Of a stretch of 32,060 bases of DNA, positions 11,282 through 24,879 are shown one piece after another. The stretch is from Octopus bimaculoides. Its lineage: Eukaryota. The stretch is from assembly GCF_001194135.2 (NCBI RefSeq), contig NC_068983.1, positions 76,493,232 through 76,525,291 of the forward strand, in the 5' to 3' direction. The translations under genes were made by a program, and so were the position numbers. Positions within the stretch are counted from its first letter, which is position 1, and each line of letters opens with the position of its first letter. The notes under the pieces are model-generated. The model saw only the letters and a program-made list of their open reading frames with translations, was not told the origin of the DNA and did no database searches.

Positions 11282-11570
11282 CTATCTCTTTATCAATGTT
11301 CTGAAAACTATTCATAGTCATGGACTTTTTATCTCATTCTGTTAATTTTATATATATATATATACTACGTTACATTTACGGAGATAACATCCATCATTGT
11401 CCTGTGTCCTTTCTATGTATTCGTCGCGGTCTTTTAAGTGTTTGATCAGTTATCCCCAGCAGCCTATATTTAACGGGATTGTTATGACTTTTGTACGATA
11501 ATTGATGAGGGAAAAACCTTGCGGATGACTTATGCGTGGGCTCCTTTATGATCATCTTGTATAGTCTTTG

Positions 11571-11574
<4 letters not shown>

Positions 11575-11607
<33 letters not shown>

Positions 11608-11870
11608 NNNNNNNNNNNNNNNNNNNNNNNNNNNNNNNNNNNNNNNNNNNNNNNNNNNNNNNNNNNNNNNNNNNNNNNNNNNNNNNNNNNNNNNNNNNNN
11701 NNNNNNNNNNNNNNNNNNNNNNNNNNNNNNNNNNNNNNNNNNNNNNNNNNNNNNNNNNNNNNNNNNNNNNNNNNNNNNNNNNNNNNNNNNNNNNNNNNNN
11801 NNNNNNNNNNNNNNNNNNNNNNNNNNNNNNNNNNNNNNNNNNNNNNNNNNNNNNNNNNNTATATATATAT
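11575..11870. repeat. (TA)n spanning gap (N 11608-11859)
   Basis: Direct. Confidence 0.95.
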
Positions 11871-12200
11871 CATATTACAGCTAGTGTGTGATATCAACGC
11901 GGAACAAAATCATCCATATGGAATTTTCCTTTAATTATAGCTCCATATTACTAGATAGTACGAAGATTACATGGTTCAAACGTTGGAAAGTATAATATTT
12001 TTTCATATCTTCATATATCCTTTCTCTTCAAACAGAAGTTCTTGGAGAATTTTATATCTCTACTTGCGATAATTATTGTGTTATTATGTATCCATTTTTT
12101 TCCGTATATCATTACAGGAGAGTGTATGCGGTATTAGAGTTATTAATAGCTATGGTAATATTGTTGGTAAAACTATGCTGATGATGATTATGATGATCGA

Positions 12201-12322
<122 letters not shown>

Positions 12323-12358
12323 GTAATAAATAAAAGCTAATAAAAATAAATAAAAGGT

Positions 12359-12880
12359 AATAAACCGGATATTTTTATAAAATATCAGACAAAAAAGAAG
12401 TGTTTATTAATTGACATGAGTATTCCTTGCGATCATAATATAGCGGCGAAATAGTTAATTTGACAAGATCAGTAAATATAAAGACTTGTTAATAGAAAAT
12501 GAAACAAATGTCGCACCTCAAGGCGACTACCGTACCCGTAATTGTAGGATCTCTAGGAATGATAACAAAAGGTACTGAAACCTATTTGAGAATGATAGCA
12601 GGCTTACCATCCCTACAGGAAGTGCAAAAATCGTGTTAACTGGAACGACACATGTACTGAGAAGAGCATTATCGCTATGAAAACAACATCCATTCATCAA
12701 TTTATATATTTATTTATTTTTTTAAATACATATTTTACCTGTGAATTTGCGTGTGTAAACTCGGAATGCATGCAATGACCGTCTCTGCCCTGGGTGTACG
12801 GAAAACACTTGGAAAGAAATAGAAGAAAATTTGAAGAAAGACGAAAATAATAGTAATGATAATAATAACAATAATAATAA
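12359..12880 (+). mobile_element. 5'-truncated REL-endonuclease non-LTR retrotransposon (R4/Dong-like) 3' end
   Basis: NKPDIFIK..CLLIDMSIPCDHN..DKISKYKDL..HLKATTVPVIVGSLGMI..LQEVQKIVLTGTTHVLRRALSL* (stop 12678-80, two frameshifts) fits the PD-(D/E)xK REL domain; then 3' UTR and (AAT)n tail, with (AAT)n on both sides. Confidence 0.88.
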
Positions 12881-13093
12881 TATACTATTGGCTTAAATCT
12901 TGGAATTTTGGGGAGGACATCAAGTCAATCACATTGATCTCAGTACTTAATTGATATTTATTTTATCAACGTTAAAAATATGAAGGGAGAAGTCAACATA
13001 CGGTGGCACTTGAATTTCGAGTGTAAAGACCTTGAAGAAAAGCCTCAAGGCATTTTGCTTGACGTGCTAAAAATTATTGTCAGTTTACCACTT
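12880..13093 (-). mobile_element. Degenerate tRNA-derived SINE, family A
   Basis: Reverse complement aligns with the 18368 copy (gcattttgcttgacgtgcta, aagtcaacatacggtgg, ggaattttgggga). Confidence 0.75.
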
Positions 13094-16000
13094 TCATAAT
13101 GACATTGATAATGCTTTATATTAGTTGAAATAGTTGCATCAGATGGGCAGTCATTACAAGGTGAGTTTACAATCTATGTAAGGTGTTGTAAAAATGAAGG
13201 GAATAAGATGAAGGTATAATGTGTTACAACTTACGTGAGCATATTTTCGACGTAGCCAATCTGATTCTGGAGAACCATTGACAATAACCACTGTTCGAGC
13301 TTTTAAGGAATATCTTGTATTAGGTAATGTACTTTTTGCAAGTTAGATAATCAACAGATTCTTTCAGTGACTTCTAAAACAGAATTGATATTGCTGAATG
13401 TGAAGATATAGATTATAGTAATCTCACATTTCCTAATAGCAAATATGAATGTGAAAGTTATAACAAAGCATACGTCATTCTTTCCCAATGTGGACATTAA
13501 ATCTCAGCAGCTTATACTAGGTTTGCTTTATTGGGTTTTGTGGGGAGAGGTATTTATTAGTTGGTATTGAGTTTTATATCACTCTTTAACGCTTACAACA
13601 TTACTATTGAAACTCATGAAACACCATTCTGTCGCGGTTATGATTATTTACTCCTACTTCAGCCTAGATTGAGCAAATGCATTCCATTTAATGATAATGT
13701 AGATTAGAATGACAATGCTGACGTTAATGCTTAATGATGGATATAATATTGATTATGATGAAGACGATCGTAGTGCTGATGACAATGGAACGAATTGATA
13801 ATAAAGGATATAGAAAAACTCAGGAAAATTGAGAAATCTTTAGGAATTATTCCATTATCTGATTGAAAAAGCGTGATTGAAAAGTATGAAAGCCTTTATT
13901 TCAATGATTAATTAGACATCTAAAAAGGTGTCCTAATTTTTTATGGACAATAATTATATATCCATTTGGTCTTGGAAAATATTGATTGTATCCCAGTAGT
14001 GTACCCGAACGTCTTAAAGAAATAATGGATGAAACATCAATTTGAAACCGAAAAAGTGTATATATACATATTAAGGAATGTTTCAGATCTTTCATTTCGG
14101 AATTGGGAAACATATTAAAAAGCAGAAGTTGTGTAAATATTAGAAAAGATAAAGAAAAGATAAAGGAAGGAAAATCCAGTACACATATATTATGCGATGA
14201 ATTGTCGAAATATATCATAAAAGAATATAGGTGCAAAGAAAAATGAAAGATAATATAAGCTATTTTGAAGAGGAAATATAATTTCATTCAATATGCTTGC
14301 ATGTGATTGGCATGTCTGGTTCCAGTTTCCTATGTAAATATACAAATATACGCACTCACAAACACATGCACACAAGCACACACAGCACATACTGATACAT
14401 ATATATATATAAATTCACATATGTATGGGTATGTGTCTACCTGCTCTTATATATAATAATTATTCATGTATACTCAAATGCAGTTTCATATAGATATTTG
14501 TGTATGTTGATGCATATACACATATAAGTTTCCATACTCATATATACATGCTTGTACAATATACACAAACTTAGTAACATACACACATGCACACATACAC
14601 ATCTGTATACGCATATCTATTTGTGTTATACTTCCAAACAAAATCGTATACATATGCAAATATGTAATAGTTTGCTTTCACTTCTTCATTCTAGTGAAGC
14701 TGAGAATATGTTTGTTTTTCATTATGCAACTGTTTATAGACATTATAGCATTTTTGATAACTGATTTTTTTTCAAACTTTATAATACCCCGTCACTATAT
14801 CCAATTGAATTTCCCACTTCACATGCTACCTAACTTCATTTTAAAATTTGCATCTAAAATTCTACTCTGCAATTCTCTCCATAGTTTGCAAGCAATTAGG
14901 TAGATTCCATCTTTCTTTAAAATTGAAAATGTATGAAACTGACTCCTTTGACTAAAATGCGATAACATTTCCACACAAAATCTTTCTATTACAGTTTTAT
15001 TATCCTTAATGTTAATGTCAAGTAAACGTATCTCACACGAAGTAATTTGTATTTAGATCTAAACAAAAGAGAAATTATTGTAAATCGTATTTCTTAACAA
15101 GCGGTTTCCTTTAGAGAGTAGCATGTGCTCACATTGTTTCAATGCCCACAGCCAAGTATAAGCCAAATAAATAATTGTGGACATGTCTACACTATATGGT
15201 TTTGATATTATTAACTACGATATCCTTTACTGAAACTGGTAAATGTATTATATTCAAATGAAGAGGGCAAATTATTTATTCTTGTTTACAATAGAGTACA
15301 ATAGAATTTCCACAAAACATAAATGTAAATCTGTATATGATTGTGGAGTTACCTACATGATTTTCATTCTTGAAGATGTCAGGGTACGCTTTTAAAAACA
15401 TTTCCTTTATAATTTAGTGGATCACTAAAAGAAATGTGATAATTTTGTTCTTGAAGAAGAAGTATTTTCATTAGTGTTGTTATTATTTTTGTGGTGATGA
15501 TGGCAGTGGTTGTCATTTTTCCTAAGACTACTATCGCTGACCAGACTATTTTAAAAAGAATAATAATTTCTTGAATTGCCCTACGTAATCTTGAGTTTTG
15601 CATGTCGGTATCATGCGAAGCGCCGCTTTATTTCGAAATTGATGGGATGAAATTTTACAGTTATTTGGCCTCTATTTCTTTCTTCCGAGCAACAACATAG
15701 ATAATCTCTAATTTGTATCTATAAAGAATGGAGCTAATTAATTAATTCATTAATTTACTTATGTAATTTTACTTATATTTATTTCTATATTTATATCATT
15801 CAACGTGGACATTTCTCTAATTTGTTCGAATTCATTTCACTTAAAATTATTTCAATTAATTAAATATTTTCTTTTTTTCATTACGAATGTCTGAATGGAC
15901 TTATTGAATATATATTGCTAGTCACTTATTGGCGTTAATTAATTTCATTTAATTTAGTTCTATAAGATTTTGTTCTCATTGACAGTGCAATATATTTGTG

Positions 16001-16544
16001 GTTTTCTTCATGTATGAATAGCTTCATTGAATAAAATTACAGCGTTATTAGTGTTAATGTTTTGTTTATTGCCAGACGATTTTCATAATAAAAAAATAAT
16101 AACAACTAGAGCAGAACAACATCAACAACAACAATAGTAATAACAAAGGATCCTCGAATAATTCTTCATCAATCATTTATTTAACTTAACAGTTTATAGT
16201 CCAAACTTCCTTGCTCACACCTGAGGAAATATCAGACGATAAATGTAATTCGCAAAAATTTTCCTTCCGTTGAAAATATTTGTTCGTAAACTCACTATAA
16301 CATAATTTTTTAAAAATTCAACTAATGAAATAGCTCACCTACAATATAATGCTTATAGTACCGTATTCATATTATAAATAATCGTGCTATTAAAGAATAT
16401 AGATGTCTAGTCAATAACATGATTTACACACATACTAATTGAAATATAGTAATTAAGCATGCAACACATACATAAAACCATAGAAAACACACATACGAGC
16501 AATTACACATAACTATGTCACATCCCATTCTTTCCCTTATACAC

Positions 16545-16587
16545 ACACATACACACATACACACACACGCGCGTGCGCATATATATA

Positions 16588-16633
<46 letters not shown>
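16545..16633. repeat. (CA)n/(TA)n microsatellite
   Basis: Direct. Confidence 0.95.
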
Positions 16634-16637
<4 letters not shown>

Positions 16638-16835
16638 GCACAGAACTTTGTTAGTGAACAGGTCGCGGTCTCAAAGCGACGAAAATATTTTGACAAATTA
16701 AATTTAAATGTTGAAGTGGATCTAACGGATTTTGTGTGTTATTTTAAATGGCTTATAAACATCTTCCACGCTGCAATTGTTTTCGTTCCAGCACACGATC
16801 TCAGATCAGGTCACTTGCTATGCAAGTACATCTCC
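16634..16835. mobile_element. Unclassified interspersed-repeat fragment between TA runs
   Basis: Non-microsatellite block bounded by (TA)n, ending gttccagcacacgatctcagatcaggtcacttgctatgcaagtacatctcc; recalled as a common octopus repeat but not verifiable here. Confidence 0.35.
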
Positions 16836-16866
<31 letters not shown>

Positions 16867-16884
16867 ATATGCATACACACACGT

Positions 16885-17435
16885 ATGGATGTTCAAACAA
16901 CTTATAAGGACGCTATCATGAGCAAAACACAAGCTTACAAGTGGTTTTCACGCTTTAGGAATGGTCATTTGTCGTTTGAAGACCAACCTCATTCAGGACG
17001 ACCGTCGACCTCCCAACCGAATGACAACGTGATGAAAGTTTATGAACTGATCTTGGAAACTCGTCACCAAAAAATTGACAAACGTGTTGATGTGACTGAA
17101 GTGTCCTCGAGCTCCTGTCAACAAATTTTGAGGGACGAATTTGCAAATTAAAAGAGTTGCAGCAAAATTTGTGCCTCGCGGTCACGATTGAATGCGCGTC
17201 GTGAACTGACGACAGCTGGTACTAAGGAATTAGCAGATGTGGACGACGTGAAGCAAAAACCACGGAGCCGTTAAAAATCATCACTTTGCACGAGTTCTAG
17301 CACTGCTTCAATCAGTGGAAAAGGCGTCTGGACCGATGGAGATGTCTTTAAAGGTAATAAAATTGTAAACGTGTAAATCTAAGTAAATAATATAATATTG
17401 CAAAATTTCGGCTTCTATTGGGTAGCTAGCCCCTA
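16885..17435 (+). mobile_element. Internally deleted mariner transposon fragment
   Basis: YKDAIMSKTQAYKWFSRFRNG..EDQPHSGRPSTS and KRVAAKFVPR (HTH and linker), then a jump at ~17180-17230 to C-terminal DVDDVKQKTTEPLK..CFNQWKRRLDR and a degenerate right TIR; catalytic core absent. Confidence 0.88.
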
Positions 17436-17449
17436 TTATATGTACATAT

Positions 17450-17705
17450 ATGTTGATATGTATATACGCATATACGTAAATATATACATATATATATGTA
17501 TATATATATATATATNNNNNNNNNNNNNNNNNNNNNNNNNNNNNNNNNNNNNNNNNNNNNNNNNNNNNNNNNNNNNNNNNNNNNNNNNNNNNNNNNNNNN
17601 NNNNNNNNNNNNNNNNNNNNNNNNNNNNNNNNNNNNNNNNNNNNNNNNNNNNNNNNNNNNNNNNNNNNNNNNNNNNNNNNNNNNNNNNNNNNNNNNNNNN
17701 NNNNN
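17450..17705. repeat. (TA)n adjacent to gap (N 17516-17705)
   Basis: Direct. Confidence 0.95.
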
Positions 17706-18367
17706 GGGAAAACACAAGCCACATAGAGAACATTCTACTTCATCAGCTACCTCCGTTTTAACACCGGCGTTTCGAAGAGCTAGGCAGGACGCATCGTTAA
17801 AACGGCTCTTCCCATGGACCGCAAATTAAATTTGTATACACAAATTAAATCTTGCCATGGAGGAATGTAGTGGCGGACAAAAGACAAGACAGGAAAACAA
17901 ACAGAAAAGGCTTTACGGTCAGACGAGAAAAATTATTTGTGTATGAACGCTGTGAGGCACGAACTTGAAAGGGACGAAGTAGTTACGCGTGTTTGCTCGG
18001 CGATAGCCAAGGAAGAAAAGGATTATTGACCGGACGCATGTGACCATGCCGGTGTAAGGGGAAGAGAGAGAGTGGTAATATTGAACTCTAGATTACTGAT
18101 ATAATGCTTTTTGCATATTATATTAACGGATATCATATACGATATATTTAATTTAATAAAGTCATACTTAGTATCACTTCCAAATTGTTCGACCTCTCGC
18201 TAACCAAATTCATCCGTCTGTTTGAAATTTGGATTCAACCGTCTAGTTTTCTCTTCCATTAATATCATATGACTTCTTTCAGCCTTCTCAGACTGGAAAA
18301 GCCGTGTACACAGATGCAAATAATAGGTGCGGTAAACCGAACCAATTGTGAATTATAATATGACGGT

Positions 18368-18585
18368 ATATATAAAAGGCGGTGAGCTGACAGAAACGTT
18401 AGCGCGCCGGGCGAAATGCTTAGCAGTATTTCGTCTGTCTTTATGATTTGAGATGAAATCCTGCCGAGGTCGACTTTGCTATTAATCTTTTATGGGTTGA
18501 TAAGTACCAGTTGCGTAATGGGATTGACCTAGTCGACTGGCCCGCTCCCCCAAAATTTCGGGCCTTCTGCCTAGAGTAGAAAAGA
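18368..18585 (+). mobile_element. Full-length tRNA-derived SINE, family A, with 17-bp TSD
   Basis: Head ggcggtgagctgacagaaacgttagc; identical flanking aattataatatgacggt at 18351-18367 and 18586-18602. Confidence 0.92.
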
Positions 18586-19299
18586 AATTATAATATGACG
18601 GTTGACCACGGTGATAAATAATTCCGTCCCGGTACAGCGTATTTAGGAATATGTATATGGTCGGATGTCATATCGAAATTGTTAGGAAAAACATATCGTA
18701 TATGGCTTCGGTAAAGGCATTAATTCATGAGCGATTTACTGCTCAAAGCTGATTTGAAGCTGCGGAAAGAAATAACTGATTAGTTTGAAATCGTGACTAA
18801 ATTTATGTCCGTATTCATAATTTCCGTATTCATGCATGCATATGCATGTGTTTGTTTGCCTGTGCATGTATGTGTGAGTTGGTGTTTTAGTGTATGTGTC
18901 GTATCCGAACGAACGTTCAGTATGAAGGGGCTATAATTAGAAATATAATCTGTATATCAGAAATATAAGCTGTATATTCTAATTAGTATGAAAGCTTTTG
19001 TATACGAATTAACTCCAATGTTGACAACTAGATAACAGTGTACACCTCCTCTTAAGATATATTAATGATAGATTTCTGTTAACTTTAACTGTTGTTTCGC
19101 AATCTATTGAAGTAGGGTTGAGTTTAACGTCGTCTTTATAAATGAGTTCCGATATATGTTTCAAAATAATTAATACAAAGTTCTGAAGGTCTCCAACTAC
19201 TTCGATTCGAATTATTGAAGATGCTAACGTATTTTGAACTTTCATTTCTATTTAGTCCATGTTTATCGCCGGTATGGGGTGGGGAAAATATCGATGGCC

Positions 19300-19586
<287 letters not shown>

Positions 19587-19591
19587 ACCTC

Positions 19592-19960
19592 GGAGGTGTG
19601 GCTGGGTGGTAAGAAGCTGGCTTCCCAACCACGTGGTTCCAGGTTCAGTCCCACTGCGTGGTACCTTGGGCAAGTGTCTTGTACTGTAGCCTCGGGCCGA
19701 CTAAAGCCTTGTGAGTAGATTTGGCAGATGGAAGCTGAAAGAAGTCCATCGTATATATATATATCTGTGCCTGTGTTTGTTCCCCACCATCGCTTGACAG
19801 CCAATGTAAGTGTGATTATGTCCTCGTCAACTAGCGGTTCAGCAAAAAGAGACCGATAGAATAACTACTAGGCTTAGAGTAAGTCCTGGGTCGATTTGTT
19901 CAATGAAAGGTGGTGCTCCAGCATGGCCGCAGTTAGATGACTGAAACAAGTAAAAAAGTA
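19592..19960 (+). mobile_element. Full-length tRNA-derived SINE, family B, with internal microsatellite
   Basis: A-box-like tggctgggtgg, B-box-like ggttcagtccc, internal (TA)n, A-rich end gaaacaagtaaaaaag. Confidence 0.9.
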
Positions 19961-21297
19961 CATCTAGATAGATTGGAAAGGAAGTTCCCTTGGACCGGTA
20001 TGTAGGGAACCAGAACACGTAAATGTTGGCTGTTATTTTGTGAACAATTCAGTATACATATTTAGATGACCTCTGTGATTTTATTGCAGAAATTTGTGTT
20101 GCATTTTTATGTTGTTAGTTGATTTTTCTAGAGTTTGGATGTTTCATGGAAACAGTGTTATGCAAATTTATTCTGAATAATGAATTCAACTATGTTCTTT
20201 ATTGTCCCATATATTTCTATTGGGGGTATAGGAAAGTTGCTTGCACACTTAGTTTTCAGTCTTCTTCATCGTTTTTGTTATCGAGCATCTCTGGTAACAT
20301 CACATGAGGATTTGTTCTTCAAATGTAGGGTTCCTTGATTTGTCTGCAGGGTTGTTAAACTTTTTCCCGGTGTATATGTTGTTCATGCTTGAGCAACGGT
20401 GATGCTATTGACTATATTCAAATATAAATCGAATATTTCTATTAAAAGCAATAAAAAAGGAAAAACGAGTGGAATTCTGTCAGAGAAGAAGCGGGAGCAA
20501 ATGCGAAGAGTGAGAAAATGAAATGTTATGAGATGCTAAAGCTGAGTGAGAATGAAACAGATTAGATAAGAGAAATGAAGAGAAGAAATATAATACCAAT
20601 GGAGCTAATAATTCTTGATTTCCTCATTAAAGAAACGATGTGGATCTATCTACCTTGTGATTATTCTGTAAGGCTGAATCGCTTGAAAACCTTAGTAGGG
20701 TGCTTTCAAATCGTTTGCTCCCTGCATATTTCGACATACTGAATTAATTTTCTGTCAGGTATGTAATGATAACTTTCAAAAAGCATTGTTTATTTTAGCA
20801 TTGTTTAAGTATTCTAATTGATGAGTTATGTATATTTAAGATGAAATTTTGATCGTAAACCTTCTTTAGAAATGATCCATTGTATAAATTTTGCAGATGA
20901 TTGCATTTTTTCTTTATATTTCATTCGGACTGTTATCAATAGTTATCGTTGAAAGATGACATCCTTGGGAATACAACTCATTTAACTTTCAATAAATTGG
21001 TTAAACTATCGCTTTAATAATTTTTCAATTCTCAGGAATATGGTTGTATTTAAGTATAGGTTTGTCAGGAAATGTATGGGAAAGAACTCGTAGTCTTATT
21101 TCTTTTCTAATTTTTGATATTACAAAAGAAGATTTTTTATGTTTAATCTTTGTTTCTCGAAATAATATTTGTGATATTTTTTTATCCTTTTATAATATAA
21201 TCAAGGAAATAGTGTAGAACTATCACCTTAAAATTAAGTATAGACACATTATTTCAATAATTGTTTTTTTTACCTTTAACGTCGTTAAATATTTCAG

Positions 21298-21420
21298 CCA
21301 AAAGCACCTTTAAATATGGGCCCGTATCCCAACGACTAACTATTGTCGTCAAGAGAAATTTCTGTTCCCAAATTTAATGATAATCCACAAATGTCATGGG
21401 AAACTCGTGATCATGAAGTA
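21298..21420 (+). other. Candidate 5' UTR exon (123 bp) followed by a 71-bp intron
   Basis: Acceptor ttgttttttttacctttaac..tttcag|; donor |gtaagt at 21421; intron 21421-21491 with cttaat branch-like motif and tttctctttgtttcag acceptor. Confidence 0.5.
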
Positions 21421-21505
21421 GTAAGTTCTGTTCTAGAATAGGTGGGCATATCGTGTTATTGAACAAAGAACTTAATTTCTCTTTGTTTCAGTAAACTTCA
21501 CTGAA

Positions 21506-21650
21506 ATGAATATTCATGTTGACCTCCATCCAGTTGTCATATTCTCATTTCTCTACTTGGTCAAGTGTGGGGCGTCCGAGAGATTACGTGGGCATCTAAC
21601 AAATATTAACGGAAGCATGGTATTTGCTACCAAGCCATGCTGCCATGCGA
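21506..21650 (+). CDS. Candidate first coding exon with signal peptide (secreted or membrane protein)
   Basis: ATG in gaaATG context with in-frame upstream stop after splicing; MNIHVDLHPVVIFSFLYLVKCGA|SERLRGHLTNINGSMVFATKPCCHA has an h-region, C-G-A cleavage motif and NGS sequon; donor a|gtaatg at 21651. Unspliced ORF is 55 aa, below the track cutoff. Confidence 0.4.
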
Positions 21651-23581
21651 GTAATGGATATGGTGTTTTTTGAATATATTATTCCATATATTTTCCTATA
21701 ACTCTTCTTAAATCTACTGAATTATGTAAGATTCTTACATGAAATATGTAAAGAATTCTTAGTAGTTCCGCTGAATCACTCAATATCTGAACAAATGTCT
21801 AAAGTGCTTTACATTCGGAGTTAAAATGTTGTCCTAATAAACATTGCATATCCTCTTCCGGGCTCAGTCTTTGTTTAGGATATCAATAATCTGATATCAA
21901 TGATAGCAATTGGTTATCATGTAGGATATATTCGTAGATCACGGAGTACATTAAACAAATTTGTTTTGAAAAATATAAGGCCGTTTTAAGGGATTTTGAC
22001 TCGTACCTTGGGACGTCGGTCAACTGCCCATATGTTCCTTCATTGGTTGTTCGCCCAATATTTCCAGTAGTTTCATATCAGTGTCGTTATCCATGCAACA
22101 GGGCCATGCAGACGAACCCATTTCACTTGTTTGTGATATAGCAAACCGATATTATGAAGGTGAAAATTATTGGTAGAAACACTTTCATAATTAGTTATAT
22201 TAACATTAGAATTATTTAATAGGCTTTCAACTTATTTTGAAATGCAAGTATACAAGCACAACATTTCATTAATCTTGATGGGGTAACAGGTCTCACCGAA
22301 TCAGCAAATTAAGAAATGTCAGAAATCTATCCAGTCTGTTCTTTGAAAATTTTATATCCATCTATTGAAATCGACAATAAGTAATTATGATATTGAATAT
22401 TTTTCTTACATATTTCTCACTGTGATATATTGAGAGATTACTAGCTGTTTTTTTTTACCATTAAGCATATCTAGACCTAAAATATACAAATCATTGCAAG
22501 AGATTATAGACTTCTTGGGAACGAAAAATATCACCCGTGAAAATACGAACGAAATAGACCTGAAATGCATCCAGTATACAAAGTATGATCTCGCACCCCA
22601 CCCCGTTGCATGTGAAATATATATTTCTGATTGCTAAATATAAACTGGTTGATTATTGCATTGATTATTGTTATAACTTTTCGATGGTACGCTAAAGATA
22701 TTTTAAGTCTGTAGCCATCAAATAGCCATTAATCCTGAATGATCATTGACACACATCGCTTATTGTAATAAACTGGCTATTTTCATAAATAACTGCTTTT
22801 AATGAGCAATAACGGTCACAATCAGTTTACAGCCAATGAATGTTTATTGATATAGATTGGTTATTGATGACAAATGCCCATTGCTGTATACTAAATATGG
22901 GTAAGAGGAGGAACATCAGTTGAAAATGTTTATTTGCATAGAATGGTTATTGCCTCAGCGAGGTCATTCTTCTAAATTGTTTATGATAAAAGAGGAGTTA
23001 TTGGCATAAAACGACTATTATCCTAGACTAGTTATGGCCTTGTTCCAATCTAAGAAATCATTATTATAGATTACTTTATATTAGAAATCAATATTTGGTA
23101 TAAAATGTCAGAAATCGTTTATTATAGACTAGTTATTTCTATTGATTTATTACTGTCTATTACTGCTAATTGTAATAATAGGTGTATTGATCAAGGTTAG
23201 TTATGTGTATAGTATAGTCGTGGGCATATGTTAAATACTAACGTGTACAAATGACACAGCTATTTACATTGCATACAACTATGCTGAGGCAAAATATAGA
23301 GGCTGAGCTCAGATTGGATTCCGGGCTGCGTGTGATGTTTGATCATGCGTTGAGTGTATCATCAAATTCAGACGTTAGAGCTATGAATCCAGAATCTACA
23401 ATCAAAGGTAAAGACGAAACGGTTATCTAATCAATTGAACTCCGATGAAGCTCATCCAATTCTTCCAGAAATATCAATAAATCATTTTAAAAATTGATAG
23501 ATACATAGACAGTAATTCCAGATATACTGTATCTATAAACAATACCCGTCTTGGTCACTTCCAAAAAAACATTTGAGCGTA

Positions 23582-23624
23582 GCATGTGTGCATGCGTGCG
23601 TGCGAAAGTGTGTGTGTGTGTGTG

Positions 23625-23679
<55 letters not shown>

Positions 23680-23713
23680 ATGTGTGTTTGTATGTGCGTG
23701 CGTGTGTGTGTGC
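23582..23713. repeat. (TG)n microsatellite
   Basis: Direct. Confidence 0.95.
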
Positions 23714-24879
23714 AATAGAATAATTCCGTAGCAAATATCTAATGCACTGTTATTGAGAAGTATGTTGTACGGGATCTCATTTTCTAGGTATCAATCACAT
23801 CAATACTGCAACACATAATTGTAGAGGCTAACTGTAGTGATATAACACGGGAGTTACTTAGAAATTATTTCGACTTCCAGAAATAGCTGCCATAGGTTCT
23901 TTCAAGAACTTAAAATGGTGAATGAAATATTTTTTTCGTTTGCTCTAAATACTCTTAATAAAGGATATCCTTGGAGTGACATAATAAGAAAAATAGCTCA
24001 TATAACTTTTTCCTGACACTGTAACTGATGGGAAGAAAGGAGACAATTTACTTTCAGCTTGAAAACCTGCCTTAGGCGTTTGAAATAGAACAAACTCCTG
24101 TAAGTCATCTAAAACCAGGTAGTGATATTAAATGGTGCAATGAATTAAGTCTTACACTTAATAAATGGAACAATACATTAAACAAGCTCGTTCACTGTTT
24201 CTGTTACCAAACTTATGAAAAGGGTTTGTTCCATCTGGGCTTTGACAAAAGATATTTTCATAGTATGTGGTATCATATATGCTATATGCATCATGCAACG
24301 TATGTATAGGAAGATGGATGCATTCTATGTAACTACTACGCCTACAAGCTTAGTTTTCGGATATGATCTGAAGCTAAACAGCAGATAATATTACCTATTT
24401 TTCAAACAAGTTATTCGTTATCTGGTCTAGCCATTATGGCATATTTGCCAACCTAGTTATGTTATGGTTTTGGCCTCTTTCATGACAGTAATGTCAGGTC
24501 CTCTGGTTAGACTATACCAAAATACATACTGATAAACTAAAAAACAAAAAAATAAATAAATAAAAGAACAAGCAAACATCAACGAAATAGGAAATAAATA
24601 GTGATGAAAATTAAAGAAACTTTTGGAGAAAATTTAAAGAATAAAGTAATAAAAAGAATATAAAAACAGACCGATTGAATCCAGATAATTATAAAAAGTA
24701 AATTGATGTTAAAAGGTTATCTAATTTAAGAGAAGTGCTACGAGCTGGAATTATTTTTAAAGTAAAAATCTAAATCAATGATGCATTTAGCGAGCAGTGG
24801 AGCCAAACACCTCCTTGATCATTAAAAAAAAAAAGATATTCAGTGAAAGTCTCAGCTTAAACATAGAGTGACTGCAACA

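Noticed and set aside
11394-11570. Minus-strand IIKEPTH..GITD resembling the C-terminus of a LINE AP endonuclease
   Set aside because: Too short and degenerate to support a call.
13157-13317. Possible TA-flanked mariner MITE (tacaag...cttgta)
   Set aside because: Only 4-6 bp of TIR match.
15379-15603. 74-aa hydrophobic minus-strand ORF
   Set aside because: Core is a decayed trinucleotide tract; no recognisable motif or splice context.
19970-20420. Possible very old Penelope RT-thumb fragment on the minus strand
   Set aside because: Many stops and no diagnostic motif recovered.
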